Positions 61,355 through 64,000 of a DNA stretch of 64,000 nt are shown here, one piece after another. The notes under the pieces were generated by a model. It saw only the letters and a program-made list of their open reading frames with translations, had not been told where the DNA came from and searched no databases. The stretch is taken from positions 1-64,000 of the IMG/VR virus record IMGVR_UViG_3300027852_000001, one strand, 5' to 3'. The position numbers were made by a program, and so were the translations under genes. The stretch is from a virus. Positions within the stretch are counted from its first letter, which is position 1; the number at the start of each line of letters is the position of its first letter.

Positions 61355-61726
61355 CTAATCTTCAATACTACCAATTAATGAGCTAAAACACGCCCATTTA
61401 ACGGTTTCTCTTTGTACTTCAGTACATCCCCACTGTACTATCCACACAGGACCATTGTGTTCATCATTTTGTCTCGAATAACAGACTCGTCCTATGAACG
61501 TTGATCCGTCATAATCTTCGAAGACTACTGGAATACTGAATTCGGGATCAGAAACACTTGTTGGAGGTAGTGCATTTGAGATGTGTGTCCACTTTATATT
61601 ATGTTTTTCCACGTTAAAAACCTCATTTTCGATTAGAATAATGCGGAAAGTGTCGACGACTTTTTGCCCTATTCTCCAAACATTTCTATATATTTTGGGG
61701 CACACCAGCAACAAAGTTCTATCCAT
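61355..61726 (-). CDS. hypothetical protein
   Basis: 123-aa ORF. The N-terminal 58 nt overlap the upstream gene, so the start is uncertain. Confidence 0.45.
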   Translation of the reverse strand: MDRTLLLVCPKIYRNVWRIGQKVVDTFRIILIENEVFNVEKHNIKWTHISNALPPTSVSDPEFSIPVVFEDYDGSTFIGRVCYSRQNDEHNGPVWIVQWGCTEVQRETVKWACFSSLIGSIED

Positions 61727-61854
61727 GGGAAATTAACAACATCCCCATCAAGCCTCAACGTCCTGACTACAGATTTTCCACCACAGAGTTCGCATTGCTT
61801 CTCTTTATCATCACCCACTATTCCGTCTTGCCAATGCTCGTGGTTCTCTAACAT
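61669..61854 (-). CDS. zinc-ribbon protein (tandem paralogue 1)
   Basis: CELCGG...RLDGDVV...CCWC...YIEMFGE. Confidence 0.5.
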   Translation of the reverse strand: MLENHEHWQDGIVGDDKEKQCELCGGKSVVRTLRLDGDVVNFPWIELCCWCAPKYIEMFGE

Positions 61855-61857
61855 TAT

Positions 61858-62031
61858 TTACTCCCAGAACAATTCTTGATATCTCCGGTCACACCACTCA
61901 CAGAGATCAATATAAGGCTTATGAACAATATCCCCATCCAACCTCGGCGTATTGACTACGGCTACAGAGCCACAGAATTCACACCTTAGCTCCTTTTTCT
62001 TCTCGTCTTGCGACCCACATTCCTCAACCAT
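61858..62031 (-). CDS. zinc-ribbon protein (tandem paralogue 2; not in the track, 57 aa)
   Basis: Hand translation: MVEECGSQDEKKKELRCEFCGSVAVVNTPRLDGDIVHKPYIDLCEWCDRRYQELFWE. Colinear with 61669..61854. Confidence 0.5.
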   Translation of the reverse strand: MVEECGSQDEKKKELRCEFCGSVAVVNTPRLDGDIVHKPYIDLCEWCDRRYQELFWE

Positions 62032-62080
62032 TTTGTTCTCCTACAAAAAAGATGATTATGTAAATCTTGTACTACAAACA

Positions 62081-62144
62081 ATGGCTGACGGGATTCGAAC
62101 CCGTACCTTCCTCCGTGATATGCGCCTATTTACAACACAGCCAT
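62081..62144 (-). ncRNA. truncated tRNA-like minihelix (64 nt: acceptor plus T-arm, no D/anticodon arms found)
   Basis: AUGGCUG ... ACGGG-UUCGAAU-CCCGU-CAGCCAU. Only 33 nt lie between the acceptor 5' strand and the T-arm. Confidence 0.4.
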
Positions 62145-62305
62145 TCTCTTCCCATTAAAAATTTATATATTATATAGATAATTCAGGAGCGCACATACTT
62201 GAGTATGTACCACTCCCTACTAGCCGGGTGGACTTGAATGCATTTGCCCCTCTTTCTATATAGTTTGGTGCCTATGAAATAACGTAATTTGTTGTTTTAA
62301 AGATA

Positions 62306-62401
62306 GTCAGAAACCCCACCGAAACTGACATCCTGGAAATACGTAATCCGCAATGTACTCCAGGTTCCCGCGATACAACATCTAAATCGCACGCCTCGCG
62401 G
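62306..62401 (-). ncRNA. three consecutive hairpins in a non-coding spacer
   Basis: Stems 62368-73/62396-401 (CCGCGA/UCGCGG), 62332-37/62359-64 (CCUGGA/UCCAGG) and 62306-10/62325-29 (GUCAG/CUGAC). Confidence 0.4.
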
Positions 62402-62409
62402 ATGATCAA

Positions 62410-62652
62410 TTATTCTTCTAGACTCTCGATCTGACCACTTCTATTCAGGGTACAGTTGAGGGTTAGTGGTAGATTTTTGTATCTGACGAATATTCCTTCA
62501 TCATCAAATCTACCAATAATGACTTCTCTTTCTCTTTCACCGTCCCAATAGGTAGCAATAATCACTACCCCACAGGGTACGTTTCTCAGTTTCAATTTGA
62601 TGTGACCAAGTGGTCTTTCAGTATCAACTTCAAATTTCATAGTTTTCCCCAT
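62410..62652 (-). CDS. hypothetical protein
   Basis: 80-aa ORF with locally AT-rich composition like the other genes. It is flanked by GC-enriched non-coding sequence. Confidence 0.45.
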   Translation of the reverse strand: MGKTMKFEVDTERPLGHIKLKLRNVPCGVVIIATYWDGEREREVIIGRFDDEGIFVRYKNLPLTLNCTLNRSGQIESLEE

Positions 62653-64000
62653 AGTAAAAGTAGCCTATTGTCCCACAATCTACCACCGTAGCGCGGTTCG
62701 TTGCATTATTTACACCGGTAAAAGACTATATCGCCTACCAGACCGTTGTCTGTCCTAAGTGCTTCCCCCAATCTTTCGGAGTTCAAGCCACATCTTGCAA
62801 CTAACACTGCGTGTGTGACTTGCATTTCTACCTGTCTCTGGTTAGTACTAGACACTAGAATAGATTGCGGAACAATAGGTTACTCATCACAGAATAATAG
62901 AGAGTACATGCAGGGATGCCCGGACTCGAACCGGGACAATCGAGAATCAGTCGACGACCTGTTGTCTCATTTATAGGCTGTTACAGGGTTGATTAAGTCC
63001 TGTCATTTATCTAATATCACCATTTGCACCCGAGACTTCAGTCTGACGTGGTTTTTACGCCAATTAGGCTGACCACCGCGCTGCCTGTTGCGCCACACCC
63101 CTGCACATACTCTCACCAAACGAAAAAAGGGACACAGACTACTTTGCATCTCTTAACCAAGCGCGCCCGGACTTGCACCGGGGTCTTTCGGACTATTGGC
63201 TGCAATAGCCTTTGTCAAATGTTTTCCTTGTTAAACTACGCACTTGCACCGAATCCCCACCGAATCGGTAACGGCTACCTACAACCGAATAAGGGTTGCG
63301 ATAGTTTCCCGCCCCACCATGGAGGCACTACACTATTGATTTGTTAGATAATGCCCGTGACTGTCGAAGTCTGGCAGACTGCGCCACGGACAGTTTCGTG
63401 TATCTTTATTTTCTACAGGCTTTTTCTAATTTACCTGCCAGGACATAACGTGAGACGGTATCGCCAGACGACAAAAGAACCCGTTTATTCGCGCCACATC
63501 CTGAGCCACGCCCGTTCAGCGTACCATCCGACACGTAACTTGTAAAGTTAAACGTCAGACGAATCCAAACAATTATTGGAATTGTCTACTATCCAATTCG
63601 GTCAGACCTTTATATCCTAGTCGATACTCGGACCCAGTGGTTAGAAAAGGAATTCCAGCAGACTGTTCTTCAAGAATTGCTTCAAGGATTGCCTATCTGC
63701 GTGACATTGCGTTCGTGGACCTTGCGGTTGGTATCCAAACTTTACCGTTGACTAGCCTTTTTCTTCCTTGGTACGACTTTCGCTCTCCCCTCCACTATCG
63801 GGCGACTAGGCCGTCATTTAGCTTTGGTGGCTAGTATCGTACATAGACTCCGACTAATAGACTTAGGACGGACCCCTACCACGAACGTAGACCCCTTTAT
63901 CGGGCTTCAGACTGATTGCTCGACTACTAGACCCCATTGGATTATGAGACCATTCGCCTACTAAATCAACCCTGACGGTTTACCGATGACTAATCGGACC
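62653..64000 (-). ncRNA. ORF-poor, GC-enriched region; candidate large structured RNA(s). Strand inferred from tRNA-like modules; extends past the window edge
   Basis: No minus-strand ORF of 60 aa or more, and only odd-composition plus-strand ORFs. About 48% GC in line 63841-63900 versus 30% in line 1-60 (hand counts). Contains multiple helices, T-loop-like motifs and short direct repeats. Confidence 0.45.
62904..63110 (-). ncRNA. expanded tRNA-like module closed by a 15-bp helix
   Basis: 63110-63096 pairs with 62918-62904 (12 WC plus 3 GU). Inside are acceptor AGGGGUG/CAUCCCU, D-arm GCGC-AACAGGCA-GCGC, stem GUGGU/ACCAC with a 19-nt loop, about 113 nt of extra sequence, and T-arm CCCGG-UUCGAGU-CCGGG. 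Confidence 0.5.

Noticed and set aside
63160-63190. Cobalamin riboswitch or RNase P RNA, based on GGUGCAAGUCCGGGCGCG.
   Set aside because: Only one short conserved-looking word matches. The B12 box/CCCGCCACUG element and the RNase P CR-IV/CR-V elements were not found by eye. I left it as something to test by covariance search, not as a call.
62700-63840. Plus-strand ORFs 62746..62976, 63024..63347, 63351..63545 and 63637..63834 as genes.
   Set aside because: They are short (64-107 aa) and rich in Pro/Arg/Thr/Cys, with no SD. Their composition is unlike any other protein in the window, and they are interleaved with tRNA-like helices, so a non-coding reading is preferred.
62653-64000. Host chromosome flank, prophage boundary or rRNA fragment as the explanation for the composition shift.
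   Set aside because: This cannot be excluded without searches. However, I recognised no rRNA signature strings and no host-type ORFs appear. The tRNA-like modules keep the same orientation as the phage tRNAs. The alternative is listed under would_refute.
1-64000. CRISPR arrays, reverse-transcriptase elements (retron, DGR, group II intron ORF), transposases/IS elements and toxin-antitoxin pairs.
   Set aside because: I saw no regularly spaced 25-40-nt direct repeats with unique spacers, and no RT (YxDD), DDE or TnpB-like motifs in any ORF. Domain-V-like hairpins were looked for in the right-end region and not found convincingly.

Overview
This window is AT-rich (about 30% GC in a hand-counted coding line) and looks like part of a large dsDNA phage. 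It holds roughly 125 tightly packed or overlapping ORFs, and all but one are on the minus strand. The standard genetic code works throughout.

The left 35 kb is a replication and nucleotide-metabolism block. It encodes a truncated DnaE-type PolIII alpha, DnaG-like primase, DnaB helicase, a RecA-family recombinase, RNase H, two Cas4-like nucleases, class II RNR, ThyX, dCMP deaminase, a GuaC-like enzyme and a MazZ-like pyrophosphohydrolase. Mixed in are host-like genes: a sigma factor, ClpP, peptide deformylase, an exported serine protease, a tyrosine recombinase, a BrxL-like ATPase, a TadG-like vWA protein and a DUF2997/DUF1257/Ycf46-like AAA module.

From 40 to 62 kb there are small ORFs with several paralogue families, five canonical tRNAs (Arg-UCU, Lys-UUU, Ile-UAU, Leu-CAA, Met-CAU), an Rnl1-like RNA ligase and a small CDA-fold deaminase.

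Most notable observations:
1. A complete, translationally coupled ubiquitin-like conjugation operon at 36.4-39.8 kb. The order is a beta-grasp Ubl, an intrinsic terminator, an E2 with a canonical HP[NH]-x7-C motif fused to a 44-cysteine CxxC repeat array, a JAB/JAMM peptidase, a ThiF-like E1 and a zinc ribbon. This is the gene order of bacterial Bil-type defence systems, but here it is carried by a virus.
2. Several oversized tRNA-like RNAs.
3. A 0.5 kb intergenic region with helically phased repeats.
4. At least 1.7 kb of ORF-poor, GC-enriched (about 48% in a sampled line), helix-rich sequence at the right end. It may encode giant structured RNA(s).

Everything was read and folded by hand. 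No database or covariance search was run, so family names are motif-level calls.
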